Numbered from the stretch's first letter, positions 40,458 to 50,801 are shown. The stretch is DNA of 64,000 nucleotides from Candidatus Iainarchaeum sp. (GCA_026397015.1 JAPLVR010000003.1:224001-288000), one strand, 5' to 3'. The notes: generated by a model from the sequence alone, not told the origin. Translations and numbers: made by a program.

Positions 40458-41170
40458 GCACCAAAGGGGAAAGCAAATCATGCAAGGCAAGAAGCGCGCC
40501 GAAAGCTGTTCATATACCAAGAAAGGAAATGGTTTGGACGGTAAGGGCGAAGGCTGGGCCGCACAAACGCGAGATGGCTGTTCCGCTAGGAATAATTTTA
40601 AGGGATTCGATTAAAATAGGGAGAACCATGAAAGAGGCGAAAAAAATAGCCAATGCCGGACTGGTAAAGGTAAATGGGATGGCAAGAAGGGACTGCCAGT
40701 TCGCCGTGGGAATTTTTGACACTGTTGTAATTGAGGCGCAAAAATTGTTTTACAGAATAATTATCGACAAACAGGGAAGGCTTGTAATAAAAGAAATGAA
40801 AAAACCAAGCAATGAAAAACTGTGCAGAGTAGAGGGGAAGAAGAACACAAAAGAAGGAATTGTAATAAGAACAAATGACGGAAGAACCTTGAAAGGGGTC
40901 AAGGCAAGCGTCGGAGATACAATAAAAATTTTGGTGCCGGAAAACAAAGTGGAAAAAATATTTGAACTCAAAGAAGGCGCGTTGGCTTATCTCATCAACG
41001 GGACGCATGCGGGCGAAACGGCAAAAATAAGGAAAATAGTTTCCGGAACGGTAACGAGAAAAAAACTTGTAAAATTAGAGGCGAATGGAAAAGAATTCGA
41101 GACAACCATCGAAAAAGTTTTTGTAATAGGAGACAAGGAAGCTGGATTAGAGGAATTGGGGCGGATTTAA
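40454..41170 (+). CDS. rps4e: Ribosomal protein eS4
   Basis: AGPH...AVPL..ILRD, VKVNG, KLCRV, DGR, G.HAG. Confidence 0.95.
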   Translation: MSTKGESKSCKARSAPKAVHIPRKEMVWTVRAKAGPHKREMAVPLGIILRDSIKIGRTMKEAKKIANAGLVKVNGMARRDCQFAVGIFDTVVIEAQKLFYRIIIDKQGRLVIKEMKKPSNEKLCRVEGKKNTKEGIVIRTNDGRTLKGVKASVGDTIKILVPENKVEKIFELKEGALAYLINGTHAGETAKIRKIVSGTVTRKKLVKLEANGKEFETTIEKVFVIGDKEAGLEELGRI

Positions 41171-41197
41171 GAGAGTTAAATGGCGGGGTGAAGCTTG

Positions 41198-41698
41198 ATG
41201 AATATGAGAGAAATATTGATTGACAAGGTAGTAGTCAATATGGGCGTTGGCGGAGACCCTGAAGAGATGGCGAAGGCGCAGAAAATAATCGAGCTGATAA
41301 CAAAAAGGAAAGCGGTGAAAACAAAAGCGAAGGTGAGGGCTCCGGAGTGGGGACTGAGGCTTGGATTGCCGATAGGACTGAAGGTTACTCTCCGCGGTGA
41401 TGCTGCGCGAAAATTTTTGGATGATGCATTTACGGCAAAGGATAAAAAAATAAATGCGAGTAGCTTTGACGGGCGCGGCAATTTCGGTTTCGGAATCGGG
41501 GAATACATTGATTTGCCGAACGCGAAGTACGACCCGAAAGTCGGAATAAGAGGCTTTGATGTTTTGGTTTCGCTGAAAAGAAGGGGATACAGGGTAAAAT
41601 TGAGAAAAATAAGGCCGGCGCACGTCGGAAAAAACGGCCTTATATCGAGCGAAGAGGCGATTGAGTTTGTGAAAGCTATGGGGGTCGAGGTCAAATGA
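41198..41698 (+). CDS. rpl5: Ribosomal protein uL5
   Basis: KVVVNMGVG, PIGLKVTLRG, FD..GNFGFGI.EYID.P..KYDP. Confidence 0.97.
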   Translation: MNMREILIDKVVVNMGVGGDPEEMAKAQKIIELITKRKAVKTKAKVRAPEWGLRLGLPIGLKVTLRGDAARKFLDDAFTAKDKKINASSFDGRGNFGFGIGEYIDLPNAKYDPKVGIRGFDVLVSLKRRGYRVKLRKIRPAHVGKNGLISSEEAIEFVKAMGVEVK

Positions 41699-41856
41699 GT
41701 TACCCAAAAGCAAAAAATGAAAAAATGAAAAAAAGAGACAGGGTTTGCAAAATGTGCGGAACGAGAAAAGGGCTTGTCAGAAAATACAAGATAGGAATTT
41801 GCAGAAGATGCTTCAAAGACAACGCAGAAAAGTTAGGTTTTAAAAAATACGATTAA
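41695..41856 (+). CDS. rps14: Ribosomal protein uS14, zinc type (not in the ORF track)
   Basis: Manual translation: MSYPKAKNEKMKKRDRVCKMCGTRKGLVRKYKIGICRRCFKDNAEKLGFKKYD; lies between L5 and S8. Confidence 0.95.
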   Translation: MSYPKAKNEKMKKRDRVCKMCGTRKGLVRKYKIGICRRCFKDNAEKLGFKKYD

Positions 41857-41865
41857 GGTGAAAAA

Positions 41866-42258
41866 ATGAGTCTCATGGATCCAATAGCAGATGCGTTAGT
41901 ACAAATCAAGAACGCGGAGGACGCTTCAAAGAAAGAATGCGCCATACAGCACGGGTCAAACTTCCTGGGTGAAGTATTGAACACTATGAAGGAAAACGAG
42001 TACATTGAAAGCTACGAGAAAAAAGTGGAAGGAAGCATAATCACTTACAGCGTGAAACTCGGGGGAAAAATAAACGAATGCAAGGCGATAAAACCAAGGT
42101 ACGCGGTAAAAAAAGACGCATACGAAAAGTACGAAAAAAGATACCTGCCGGCCAGAGACATAGGATTGCTCATAGTTTCAACGTCACAGGGTGTAATGTC
42201 GCACACGCAGGCAAAATCGAAAGGCCTCGGGGGAAGACTGGTGGCATTCGTATACTAA
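41866..42258 (+). CDS. rps8: Ribosomal protein uS8
   Basis: DPIADAL..IKNAE, IKPRY, YLPA.D.G.LIVSTSQG. Confidence 0.97.
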   Translation: MSLMDPIADALVQIKNAEDASKKECAIQHGSNFLGEVLNTMKENEYIESYEKKVEGSIITYSVKLGGKINECKAIKPRYAVKKDAYEKYEKRYLPARDIGLLIVSTSQGVMSHTQAKSKGLGGRLVAFVY

Positions 42259-42302
42259 ATAAGGAAAATTTGAAACGAAATAAAAAAATGAGAGTGGTTT
42301 TT

Positions 42303-42908
42303 ATGGCAGAAAAAGAGCTTGTGCAAAAGGTAATTATTCCGGAGGAAATAAGCGCTGAGAACCCGGACAAAAACACGCTCGTGTTAAAGTCCCCCAAAGG
42401 AATGATAAAGAGGACCTTCAAAAGCCACAGGTTGAAGATAAGTTTGCGCGGGAGAGAAATAATTCTTGAGGGGACGCCTGCAAACAAGCAGACAAGGGCG
42501 CTCCTGCACAGCGTTGTGGCACACATAAAAAATATGGTTGAAGGATTGCTTTACGGTCACAAATATGATTTGAAAATTGTTTACTCGCATTTTCCCCTTA
42601 CCGCCGAAGTCGAAGGCGGAAAGGTTAAGATAAAGAATTTCACCGGGGAAAAATTCAACAGATGGGGAAAAATAATCGGAGATGCAAAAGTTGCGGTGAA
42701 GGGGCAGGAGATTACGGTAACGGGGCTGGACAAGGAATCTGTCGGGCAGACGGCCGCAAATATGGAACTCGCAACAAAGGTAAGAAAAAGAGACGTAAGA
42801 AGATTTCAGGACGGAATTTATATCGTAAAAAGGGGAAATATCGAGGAAAAGAAAAAAGGAGCCGCAATAGCAACGGAAAAAGAAACTGAAGTAGTAAAAT
42901 CAAAATAA
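42303..42908 (+). CDS. rpl6: Ribosomal protein uL6
   Basis: AHIKNMV.G, VYSHFP, VGQTAAN.E, D.R.FQDGIY. Confidence 0.96.
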   Translation: MAEKELVQKVIIPEEISAENPDKNTLVLKSPKGMIKRTFKSHRLKISLRGREIILEGTPANKQTRALLHSVVAHIKNMVEGLLYGHKYDLKIVYSHFPLTAEVEGGKVKIKNFTGEKFNRWGKIIGDAKVAVKGQEITVTGLDKESVGQTAANMELATKVRKRDVRRFQDGIYIVKRGNIEEKKKGAAIATEKETEVVKSK

Positions 42909-42922
42909 GGGGGGTGAAAAAA

Positions 42923-43543
42923 ATGGCTAAAAAGGAAAAAAAGAAAATAAAAAAAGATTTTGAAGGGGCGGCAAAGGAAGCAAAATTAGGAGCAACTTCA
43001 AAAACGGCTGAAAAAAAGGCGGAGGAGAAAAAGGGGGAAGCAAATGCGGCAGCGGAAACTTCCGAAAAGAAAGAAAAAAAAGAGGAAAAGGGAAAAACAG
43101 CGGAAACCGCGAAGAAGATTGTTAAGAAAAAATTCATTGCAAGAGAAAAGAAAATCGAGATGAAGAAAAGCGCCGAGGCGCTTGAATTGCAAAAGAAACT
43201 TAAGGGGAGAAAGTGGCACCCAGTTTTTAGAGGCCGTTTCGGAAAGAAGTGCATCAGGAGAAAGTCAATTGAAAAATGGGACAAGTGGAGGAAAAGCAGG
43301 AGCATTGATTCTGACACGGGATTGAGGCACGGATTCAAGCCGAAAATAGGATATGGGAATCCAGCGGAAATAAGGGGCATTCATCCGTCTGGATATGTTG
43401 AGGTAAGGGTTCATAATGTGAAAGAACTGGAAAAAATAAATCCAAAAACCGAGGCTGGAAGAATTTCAGCGACTGTCGGAAAGAAAAAGAGGAATGAAAT
43501 AATTGTGAGAGCAAATGAAAAAAAAATAAAAATTTTGAATTAA
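42923..43543 (+). CDS. rpl32e: Ribosomal protein eL32 with a long N-terminal K/E/A extension
   Basis: KWRK.R.ID, PKIGYG.P..IRG.HPSGY.EV.VHN, KILN. Confidence 0.94.
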   Translation: MAKKEKKKIKKDFEGAAKEAKLGATSKTAEKKAEEKKGEANAAAETSEKKEKKEEKGKTAETAKKIVKKKFIAREKKIEMKKSAEALELQKKLKGRKWHPVFRGRFGKKCIRRKSIEKWDKWRKSRSIDSDTGLRHGFKPKIGYGNPAEIRGIHPSGYVEVRVHNVKELEKINPKTEAGRISATVGKKKRNEIIVRANEKKIKILN

Positions 43544-43556
43544 TTTGGTTGAGATT

Positions 43557-44003
43557 ATGGAACTGGACAAAGTAAAAAAGCTGGCTGCGAAAGTGCTCAA
43601 GGTCGGGCCGAAAAGGGTTTACATCGACCCTGAACAGATCGCGCGGGCAAGGGAAGCGATGACAAAGGAAGATGTGCGCGGATTGATAAGCGAAAGAATA
43701 ATCAAAAAAAGACACCATCAGGGAAAAAGCAGGGCTGGCGCAAGACTGCTTGCGGAAAAAAAGCAAAAGGGGAGAAAAAGAGGAAAGGGAAAAAGAACCG
43801 GAACAAAAAAAGCGAGAGTCGAGAAAAAAAGCAACTGGATAAAAAAAGTGAGGGCGCAAAGGAGAATGCTTAGAGAATTGAAAAAGAGCAATCCGAAAGC
43901 GGTTGAAGAAAAAGGTTACAGGAATATTTACAGAAAGATAAAGGGAAATTATTTCAGGGGAAAAAATTATGTTAAGGAATATGTTGAAGGGGGCAAAAAA
44001 TAA
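43557..44003 (+). CDS. rpl19e: Ribosomal protein eL19
   Basis: KLAA.VLKVG..RV.IDP, G.G.R.G.K.AR, WI.KVRAQR. Confidence 0.96.
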   Translation: MELDKVKKLAAKVLKVGPKRVYIDPEQIARAREAMTKEDVRGLISERIIKKRHHQGKSRAGARLLAEKKQKGRKRGKGKRTGTKKARVEKKSNWIKKVRAQRRMLRELKKSNPKAVEEKGYRNIYRKIKGNYFRGKNYVKEYVEGGKK

Positions 44004-44572
44004 TGTCAATTGACAGAACATACAGGCTTCCTTTCAGAAGAAGAAGGGAAGGAAAAACGGACTACCGAAAAAGACTTGCATCCGTAAAATCAAAAAAGAT
44101 AAGGCTCGTGGTGAGAACGACAAACAAAAGAGTGCTTGTTCAGGCGATAAGATTCAACCCGAAGGGGGATGAAACAATCGCGTCCGCGGATTCACGCGAA
44201 CTTAACAAATTTTCTTTTTATGGAACGAACAATACTCCGTCTGCGTATCTAACAGGATTGCTGCTCGGAAAAAAACTCATCGAAAAGGAAAAAGAAGGAG
44301 TGCTTGACATTGGATTGAAGACGCCAAGTCACGGAAGCATAATATTCGCAGCCTTGAAAGGGATAAGTGACGCGGGAATAAAAGTTAAGTTCGGGGAAGG
44401 GGCAGTTCCGAGCGAAGACAGGATAAACGGAAAACTGCTCGACAAATACGCGCTGAGCTTGGGAGAAAGGGCAAAAACGGTTTTTTCAGGATACATTAAG
44501 GCTGGAATCGGAGTGGGAGAAATTTCAAAAGCTTTTGAAAATGCGAAATCGCAGATAATAAAGGTGAAATAA
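44003..44572 (+). CDS. rpl18: Ribosomal protein uL18
   Basis: FRRRREGKTDY.KRL, N.PSAYLTGLL, LDIG. Confidence 0.96.
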   Translation: MSIDRTYRLPFRRRREGKTDYRKRLASVKSKKIRLVVRTTNKRVLVQAIRFNPKGDETIASADSRELNKFSFYGTNNTPSAYLTGLLLGKKLIEKEKEGVLDIGLKTPSHGSIIFAALKGISDAGIKVKFGEGAVPSEDRINGKLLDKYALSLGERAKTVFSGYIKAGIGVGEISKAFENAKSQIIKVK

Positions 44573-45273
44573 TGGGTTTTAGAAAAAGAAAAGAAAGGGA
44601 GCCTGACGCGGACCAGATTGCGGCCGAAATAGCAAGAAAACAGAAAACATTGAACGACTGGGTTCCAAAAACGGCACTTGGAAGAAAAGTTAAAGTCGGC
44701 GAAATCACTTCAATTGAAGAAATATTTGAAAAGGGGTGGAAAATCTTAGAGCCCGAAGTGGTTGATTCGCTTTTGCGCCTCGAAGAAGAAACTATTGAAG
44801 TCGCAAAAACAACAAGGGTAGTTACTTCCGGAAGAAAATTTTCATTTAGGGCGACGGTAATGGTCGGAAACAGAAACGGTTACATAGGGATAGCAACGGG
44901 AAAGGCGACTGAAAAGTTTCCTGCCATAGAAAAAGCAAGCAAAAAGGCAAGACTAAACATTAAAAAAATAGTTTTGGGTTCGGGATCGTGGGAAGAACAG
45001 CCGACAAGCGACAAACATTCCATTCCGTTCAAAGTAATTGGAAAATGCGGCGGAGTAAAGGTTACGCTGCTTCCTGCGCCGAAGGGAACCGGTCTGGCAG
45101 TTGGAAAAAATATAAAAAAAGTTTTGGAATTTGCAGGAGTTAGAAATGTTTGGAGCAAAGCGAGAGGAAGTTCCGATACAAGACTAAACTTCGTGTTAGC
45201 GGCAATAGACGCGCTTGAAAAAACCGCCCAAATGCGGGTATCAAAAGATGTGGAGAGAAAAATTTTCAAATAA
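44572..45273 (+). CDS. rps5: Ribosomal protein uS5
   Basis: WVPKT.LG, GR...F...VMVGN.NG.IG, GSWE, PAPKGTGL. Confidence 0.97.
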   Translation: MGFRKRKEREPDADQIAAEIARKQKTLNDWVPKTALGRKVKVGEITSIEEIFEKGWKILEPEVVDSLLRLEEETIEVAKTTRVVTSGRKFSFRATVMVGNRNGYIGIATGKATEKFPAIEKASKKARLNIKKIVLGSGSWEEQPTSDKHSIPFKVIGKCGGVKVTLLPAPKGTGLAVGKNIKKVLEFAGVRNVWSKARGSSDTRLNFVLAAIDALEKTAQMRVSKDVERKIFK

Positions 45274-45347
45274 AAAAATAAAAAATAAAAAGTGTTGAAA
45301 AAATAAGGCTAGGAAACAAAAAAATGGGAAAAACTGAAAGGAGATGA

Positions 45348-45842
45348 ATGAATTTTATGTACGCTGCAATAAGGATTAGGGGACAGGTAAACCTTAATCA
45401 CAAGATGAAAAAAGCGCTTGACATGCTTAATTTGAAGAAAGCGAACCACCTAAGCCTCTGGCCGGAAAGCAAAGGCGCGAAAAAAATGCTTGAAAGGACG
45501 CAGGGAAACATAACATTCGGAGAAATTGATGACGCAACATTGAAAGAACTTCTGGAAGAAAAGGCCGAAGTGAGTGTGCCGTCAAAAAATAAAAAGGGAG
45601 AAAAAACGAAGGCGAAAAAGGCGGGAGCAGAGAAAACAAGGGCGGAAGTTGATGTAAAACAAGTAATTGAGCTTTTAAAAAAATGGAAGAGCCCGAAAGA
45701 GGCGGGAATAAAAAATTGTTTCAGACTCGCGGCGCCGACAAAAGGATACGAAAGGGGCGGAATAAAAAAACCCTACAAACTCGGCGGAGCGCTGGGATAC
45801 AGGGGAAAAGAAATAAACGCGCTCATCAAAAAAATGCTTTAG
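45348..45842 (+). CDS. rpl30: Ribosomal protein uL30
   Basis: AAIRIRG, TFGEI, FRL..P.KG, GGALGYRG..IN.L...M. Confidence 0.95.
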   Translation: MNFMYAAIRIRGQVNLNHKMKKALDMLNLKKANHLSLWPESKGAKKMLERTQGNITFGEIDDATLKELLEEKAEVSVPSKNKKGEKTKAKKAGAEKTRAEVDVKQVIELLKKWKSPKEAGIKNCFRLAAPTKGYERGGIKKPYKLGGALGYRGKEINALIKKML

Positions 45843-45908
45843 CGGAAAACGAAAAAGTGAAATTTGGAAGAACAAAAAAAGAAATAAATGGAATTTTTGG
45901 GTGAAGAA

Positions 45909-46418
45909 ATGGTTGAAAGGAAAAGAAGAAGAAAAAATAAGGTAAGAGGGGAAAGGACCCACGGAATGGGCGGCACTAAAAACAACCGCGGAGGCGGATG
46001 CAGGGGCGGAAGGGGAAATGCGGGCGCAAACAAACACAAATTTCACAGCCTCAAAAGGCTTTACCCAAAAAAGATAAGGCTCAACGCAAAACCCATTAAA
46101 GAAAAAATAATAAGTTTGGGGGATTTAAACAAAAAGCTTGATAAAATGCTGAAAGACGGAAGGGCTGGAAAGAAAGGCGCAATCATAGTGATTGGAGAGG
46201 ATAGCGGATACACCAAGGTTCTGAGCGGCGGAAATATCGACAAAAAAATTATTCTAAAAATAAAGGCGTCGGAAAAAGCCGTGGAAAAAATAATTTCTGC
46301 CGGCGGAAAAGTGGAAACCGAGGGCGCAAAAACGAAAATGAGTTCAGACAGCGAAGACGAGGACGAAGAACTTGAATTTGAGAGCAAAGAAGAATTCGGC
46401 AAGGGAGAAGAGAGTTAA
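45909..46418 (+). CDS. rpl15: Ribosomal protein uL15
   Basis: RG.RTHG.G, RG.G.RGGRGNAG..KHK, GY.KVLS.G, A.EKI..AGG; acidic C-terminal tail. Confidence 0.95.
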   Translation: MVERKRRRKNKVRGERTHGMGGTKNNRGGGCRGGRGNAGANKHKFHSLKRLYPKKIRLNAKPIKEKIISLGDLNKKLDKMLKDGRAGKKGAIIVIGEDSGYTKVLSGGNIDKKIILKIKASEKAVEKIISAGGKVETEGAKTKMSSDSEDEDEELEFESKEEFGKGEES

Positions 46419-46479
46419 TCCGAAAAAAACAATTTTTTGAAATCTGAGGATAAAGTTTGAAAAAGGGCTGTTGATACGA

Positions 46480-47853
46480 ATGGGAATAGTTGATTATTTT
46501 GTAGGGCTGTCCGCCGTGCTGCCGGAAATAAAGGCGCCGGAAAAGGAAATTCCGTTCAAGGAAAAACTTTTTTGGACAATACTTGCAATAATAATATTTT
46601 TCGTTCTTGGAAACATTTGGGTAATAGGGCTCGATTTAAACAACCTGAATGTGCAAAACATAATATTCTACCAGACACTTCTTGCGAGCCACACGGGAAC
46701 GCTGATAAGCTCGGGAATCGGCCCGATAGTAATGGCGTCAATATTTTTACAGCTTTTCGTCGGCGCAAAAATATTGAACATAGATATGGCAGATCCGACC
46801 GGACGGGCAAAATTCCAGGCACTTCAAAAAATATTTACAGTAGTATTGTGTGTCGTTGAGGGATTTATTTTGGCAGCATCCGGAATGCTTATGCCGATTG
46901 GAGGAAATTTTATTGGAAATCCTGTGCTTTGGATTGTAACGGCACAGGTCGCGCTGGGTTCGCTAATATTACTTTATCTTGATGAAATAGTTTCAAAATA
47001 CGGAATAGGGTCAGGAGTAAGTCTGTTCATTGCGGCGGGAGTAAGCTCGGAAATTTTCTGGCAAATATTCATGCTGCCGATAACTTCAGGGTTTAATCCT
47101 GCGCTTGCAAACGGAGGGCTGCTGTGGAGGGCATTCACCACCGGAAACGGGCTGGTGCTGCTGCCGATACTGGGGCTTGTGGCAATATTCCTTGTTGTTA
47201 CCTTTGCAGAAGGAATGCACGTAAATATCCCAATTACAATGGGGCACAGGGGAACAGGCGGAAGGTATCCTGTAAAATTTTTGTATGTGAGCAACATGCC
47301 TGTAATACTCGCGATGGCATTATTTGCGAATATCAGAATTTGGGCGGTTTTTTTGAAGAACGTTCCGATAATGGGGGATTTGATGAACGGGGCATCATGG
47401 GCGGTCGGAGTGCCAAATGTCGGAGGAATGACTCTTCTAACAGCGATTTTTGTTCAGGGAATAAATTCAACAACACTTGCAGCGGCTGGACAAGCCGTAA
47501 TATTCCTCTCAATTTTGATAATTGTTTGTGTTGTATTCGGGTGGTTCTGGGTTCAAATGGGAAACCAGAGCGCGGAGGCTGTTGCGGGACAACTGCAGAG
47601 CTCAGGAATGCAGATTCCGGGATTCAGGAAGGACAAGAGAATAATTGAAAGGGTGCTTGCGAGGTACATCCCGCCGATAACAATATTGGGCTCAATATTT
47701 GTTGCGTTGCTCGCGGGATTCGGAGACATGATACTCAGCAATCTCTCCTCCGGAACTGGAATATTGCTCACAGTCGGAATTGTTTACAGGTTTTATGAAG
47801 AGATAGCGAGAACGCAGGCGGAGAAATTGGCGCCGCTGCTGGGAAAATTTTAA
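46480..47853 (+). CDS. secY: Preprotein translocase SecY
   Basis: GIGPIVMASI.LQL, GIGSGVSLFI, YPVKFLYVSNMP, GMQIPGFR, GTGILLTV. Confidence 0.97.
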   Translation: MGIVDYFVGLSAVLPEIKAPEKEIPFKEKLFWTILAIIIFFVLGNIWVIGLDLNNLNVQNIIFYQTLLASHTGTLISSGIGPIVMASIFLQLFVGAKILNIDMADPTGRAKFQALQKIFTVVLCVVEGFILAASGMLMPIGGNFIGNPVLWIVTAQVALGSLILLYLDEIVSKYGIGSGVSLFIAAGVSSEIFWQIFMLPITSGFNPALANGGLLWRAFTTGNGLVLLPILGLVAIFLVVTFAEGMHVNIPITMGHRGTGGRYPVKFLYVSNMPVILAMALFANIRIWAVFLKNVPIMGDLMNGASWAVGVPNVGGMTLLTAIFVQGINSTTLAAAGQAVIFLSILIIVCVVFGWFWVQMGNQSAEAVAGQLQSSGMQIPGFRKDKRIIERVLARYIPPITILGSIFVALLAGFGDMILSNLSSGTGILLTVGIVYRFYEEIARTQAEKLAPLLGKF

Positions 47854-47894
47854 TTTAACGGAAGGGGAAAAAAAACGGTGAAAAAGAATGGACG

Positions 47895-47914
47895 CAAAAA
47901 AAGTTTTATATACC
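47895..47914 (+). promoter_or_regulatory. BRE/TATA promoter for the DUF106-L34e segment
   Basis: CAAAAAAAGTTTTATATACC between secY and the next gene. Confidence 0.55.
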
Positions 47915-47964
47915 ATTGGTTCCAGAGAATCTGTCAATGGTGGGCCGGGCGGGGGCGGTTCATA

Positions 47965-48516
47965 GTGAATTTCATCAGCCCCGCAGTGGTAATATTCGCG
48001 GTTTCATTTGTAATGGTAATCGTTTCAGAATTGATAAAATGGAAGTTTTTTGACAAAGAGAAGGTAGACGGACATCAGAAAGAAATGAAAAGGAAACAGG
48101 AATTAATGAAGGAATTGATAAAGGAGGGCGACAAAAGAAAAAAAGAGATTGACAAACTACAGGAAGAAATGCTTGACCACACCAGAGAAATATTGGGTGC
48201 AAGTAACAAATTGATGTTTGTTTCGCTTCCGGTTTTCATGGTATTATTTTTGGTGCTCGGAATGCTTTATGGCGGAAAAATGTTTGACGCGTTGTTTCCG
48301 CTGCCAAAGTTTGAAAATTTTTTCCTGCTGAACCCGCTCAGCTGGTTCAGTTGGTTCAGGCTTGATTGGCCCCCGGTGGTTTTGACAATGAAAACGGGAT
48401 ATTACAAAGCGTATTTTTTCTCATATCTTGTGTCGTCAATCGTAATTTCGATTCTGAGAAAAAGTGTTTGGCAAAATTTTAAGGGAAAAATGCCGAAATT
48501 GGGAAATAAAAAATGA
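47965..48516 (+). CDS. DUF106 / EMC3-TMCO1 (Oxa1 superfamily) membrane protein
   Basis: TM - coiled coil - TM...TM architecture; conserved position between secY and L34e; GTG at 47965 lies downstream of the TATA box. Confidence 0.85.
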   Translation: MNFISPAVVIFAVSFVMVIVSELIKWKFFDKEKVDGHQKEMKRKQELMKELIKEGDKRKKEIDKLQEEMLDHTREILGASNKLMFVSLPVFMVLFLVLGMLYGGKMFDALFPLPKFENFFLLNPLSWFSWFRLDWPPVVLTMKTGYYKAYFFSYLVSSIVISILRKSVWQNFKGKMPKLGNKK

Positions 48517-48578
48517 AAATTAATTGAAAAAATAGGATGAAAACAAAAAATGGGAAATAAAAAAAATGAAAAGTGATT
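48503..48578 (+). repeat. 76-bp intergenic direct repeat, copy 2
   Basis: Matches 38420-38496. Confidence 0.9.
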
Positions 48579-48581
48579 TTT

Positions 48582-48917
48582 ATGGTGAAACCGCACGAAA
48601 AAACAATGAAGAAAAAAATGAGGAAAACTCCTTCAAAAAATAAAAGGGTTTTCTTCAAGGAAAAACCTTCAAAGAAAACATGCCCCGTAACGGGAGAAGC
48701 GTTAAAAGGGGTTCCGCATGCAAGAAAATACAAGGCAAATAAACTTAGCAAAACACAGAGGAGACCGAGCGTGCCTTTTGGGGGCGTTCTTTCGGCGAGA
48801 GCAAGGGAACAGGTTTTTATTGAAACTGGAAAAATCGCCGCAGGCGTTAAAAAAATTGATGATATCGACGAGAAATACAAAAAATTTGTAAAACAGGCGC
48901 TCAAGAGGTTCGAGTGA
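48582..48917 (+). CDS. rpl34e: Ribosomal protein eL34
   Basis: RKTP, C..TG..LKGVP, KT.RRP..PFGG.LS. Confidence 0.92.
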   Translation: MVKPHEKTMKKKMRKTPSKNKRVFFKEKPSKKTCPVTGEALKGVPHARKYKANKLSKTQRRPSVPFGGVLSARAREQVFIETGKIAAGVKKIDDIDEKYKKFVKQALKRFE

Positions 48918-48947
48918 AAAAAAACGTTTGGGTGGCAAGGAAAAAAA

Positions 48948-49175
48948 GTGAAACTTATGGAAATAGGGCAAATTTGCATCAAGACAAAAGGGAGAAGCGC
49001 CGGCAGAAAGGTAGTAGTGCTGTCTGAAGTGAAGAACGGAAAGATTTTGGTTGACGGCATAAATGTCAAAAGAAAGGAGTACAATGCAATGCACCTGTTT
49101 CCGACAAAAGAGAAAGTGAAATTAAAAAAAGAGGCGACACACAAGGAAGTGGAAAGCGCACTCAAAAAGCAGTGA
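48948..49175 (+). CDS. rpl14e: Ribosomal protein eL14
   Basis: EIGQICIKTKGRSAG.KVVV, VKRK..N..HL.PT. Confidence 0.93.
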   Translation: MKLMEIGQICIKTKGRSAGRKVVVLSEVKNGKILVDGINVKRKEYNAMHLFPTKEKVKLKKEATHKEVESALKKQ

Positions 49176-49194
49176 GTATGAAAAGTGATTCAAA

Positions 49195-49692
49195 ATGGCT
49201 GAACTAAAGTACATAGTAAGATTGATTGGAAAAGATTTGGATGGGACAAAGGCCGTTGAAAATGGAGTTTGCGGAATAAAGGGGGTAGGCAAAAGAATGG
49301 GAATGATAATAAGCGGCCAATTCAAAAAAGAAAACGGAATAAAGGGAATGAAAAAACTCGGAGAGCTTAACGACGAGGAAATAAAGAAGCTTGAAGATGT
49401 AATTACAAACCCTGCAAAGCACGACATCCCCGGATGGGCGCTTAACAGGCAAAAGGATTTTGAAAGCGGAGAAACCATGCATAAAACAATGAACGAACTG
49501 GATTTCGGGCTGAGAACAGATTTGCAGAGGCTCGCGGAAATAAAATCCTACAGAGGGCTTAGGCACATGTGGGGGCTTACTGTAAGAGGGCAGAAAACGA
49601 GAAGCACCCACAGAGGAAAAGGCGGCGTTGTCGGAGTTGTAAAGAAAGATGTTAAAAAAGCCGGCGGCGGAGCAAAAGAGGAAAAAAAATAA
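49195..49692 (+). CDS. rps13: Ribosomal protein uS13
   Basis: IVRL.G.DLDG, P.W.LNR.KD, SYRGLRH..GL.VRGQ.TRS. Confidence 0.97.
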   Translation: MAELKYIVRLIGKDLDGTKAVENGVCGIKGVGKRMGMIISGQFKKENGIKGMKKLGELNDEEIKKLEDVITNPAKHDIPGWALNRQKDFESGETMHKTMNELDFGLRTDLQRLAEIKSYRGLRHMWGLTVRGQKTRSTHRGKGGVVGVVKKDVKKAGGGAKEEKK

Positions 49693-49734
49693 AATTGAAA
49701 TTATGAAAATTTTAAAACTGAAAAAGTGATGCAA

Positions 49735-50415
49735 ATGGGAGACCCGAGAAAAAGAAGGAAAAGTTTCGAATGGCCGAAAAAGCCTTTCGAGAAGGAAAGA
49801 ATTGACACGGACAGGGTGCTCAAAAAAACTTACGGGCTAAAAAACAAGCAGGAACTTTACGAAGCGAGGACAATTATGCGAAGGAAGAGGACCAGCGCAA
49901 AGAAACTGCTCGCATTGAATCTGGAAAAGAGGCTCAGAAAAGAAAAAGAGCTGCTTGAATCGCTTAAAAAAATGGGAATACTTTCCGGAAACCCTTCGCT
50001 CGAAGATGCGCTGATGCTTAATGAAAATGACCTGCTCGAAAGAAGGCTTCAGACAATCGTTTTGAGAAAGGGGCTGGCGAATACCACAAAACAGGCAAGG
50101 CAGTTTATTGTGCACGGGCACATAGCAATAAACGGGAAAAAAATGGACAAGCCGAGCTACATAGTGCCTGCAATGGAAGAAGACAAAATAAGCTATTACG
50201 GGAAAGAAATAAAATTTGAGCAAAAAAAAGTAAAGCCGGTGAAAGGGGCGAAAGAAAAAGGAAAAATTGACGAGCTCAGGGAAGAATTTGAAGAGGCAAA
50301 ACCGGACGAAGAAATTATGGGCGCGGATGCGACCGAAGAAATCGAAATCGCGGGAAAGAAGACGAAAGGGGAAGAAGAGGTTGCAGGAGAGGGAGGGGAA
50401 GGTGAGAAACAATGA
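49735..50415 (+). CDS. rps4: Ribosomal protein uS4
   Basis: [31 protein letters not shown]. Confidence 0.97.
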   Translation: MGDPRKRRKSFEWPKKPFEKERIDTDRVLKKTYGLKNKQELYEARTIMRRKRTSAKKLLALNLEKRLRKEKELLESLKKMGILSGNPSLEDALMLNENDLLERRLQTIVLRKGLANTTKQARQFIVHGHIAINGKKMDKPSYIVPAMEEDKISYYGKEIKFEQKKVKPVKGAKEKGKIDELREEFEEAKPDEEIMGADATEEIEIAGKKTKGEEEVAGEGGEGEKQ

Positions 50416-50801
50416 GTGAAACAAAAGGAATAATCCATATTTATGCAACGCATAACAACACGATGCTTTTGCTTACCGACCTTACGGGCGCGGAAACAAT
50501 TGCAAAAAGCACCGGTGGGATGGAAACCAAATCACAGCACAAAGAAGGAACGCCCTATGTTGCAATGAAACTGGCGGCGAATGTTGCGAGCGCGGCAAGA
50601 GAAGCGGGAATAAGGGAAGTTTATGTCAGGGTAAGGGGCCACGGCGGAAACAGAAGCACTTCGGCGGGCGCTGGAGCGGAAGCGGCAATAAGGTCGATTA
50701 CAAGAAACGGAATCAGAATAATTTCGATAGAAAATGTTACTCCCCAGCCGCACGACGGCTGCAGAAAGAAGAAAAAATTCAGGGGAAAATCAAAGGCTTA
50801 A
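50412..50801 (+). CDS. rps11: Ribosomal protein uS11
   Basis: HIYA..NNT....[22 protein letters not shown]. Confidence 0.96.
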   Translation: MSETKGIIHIYATHNNTMLLLTDLTGAETIAKSTGGMETKSQHKEGTPYVAMKLAANVASAAREAGIREVYVRVRGHGGNRSTSAGAGAEAAIRSITRNGIRIISIENVTPQPHDGCRKKKKFRGKSKA

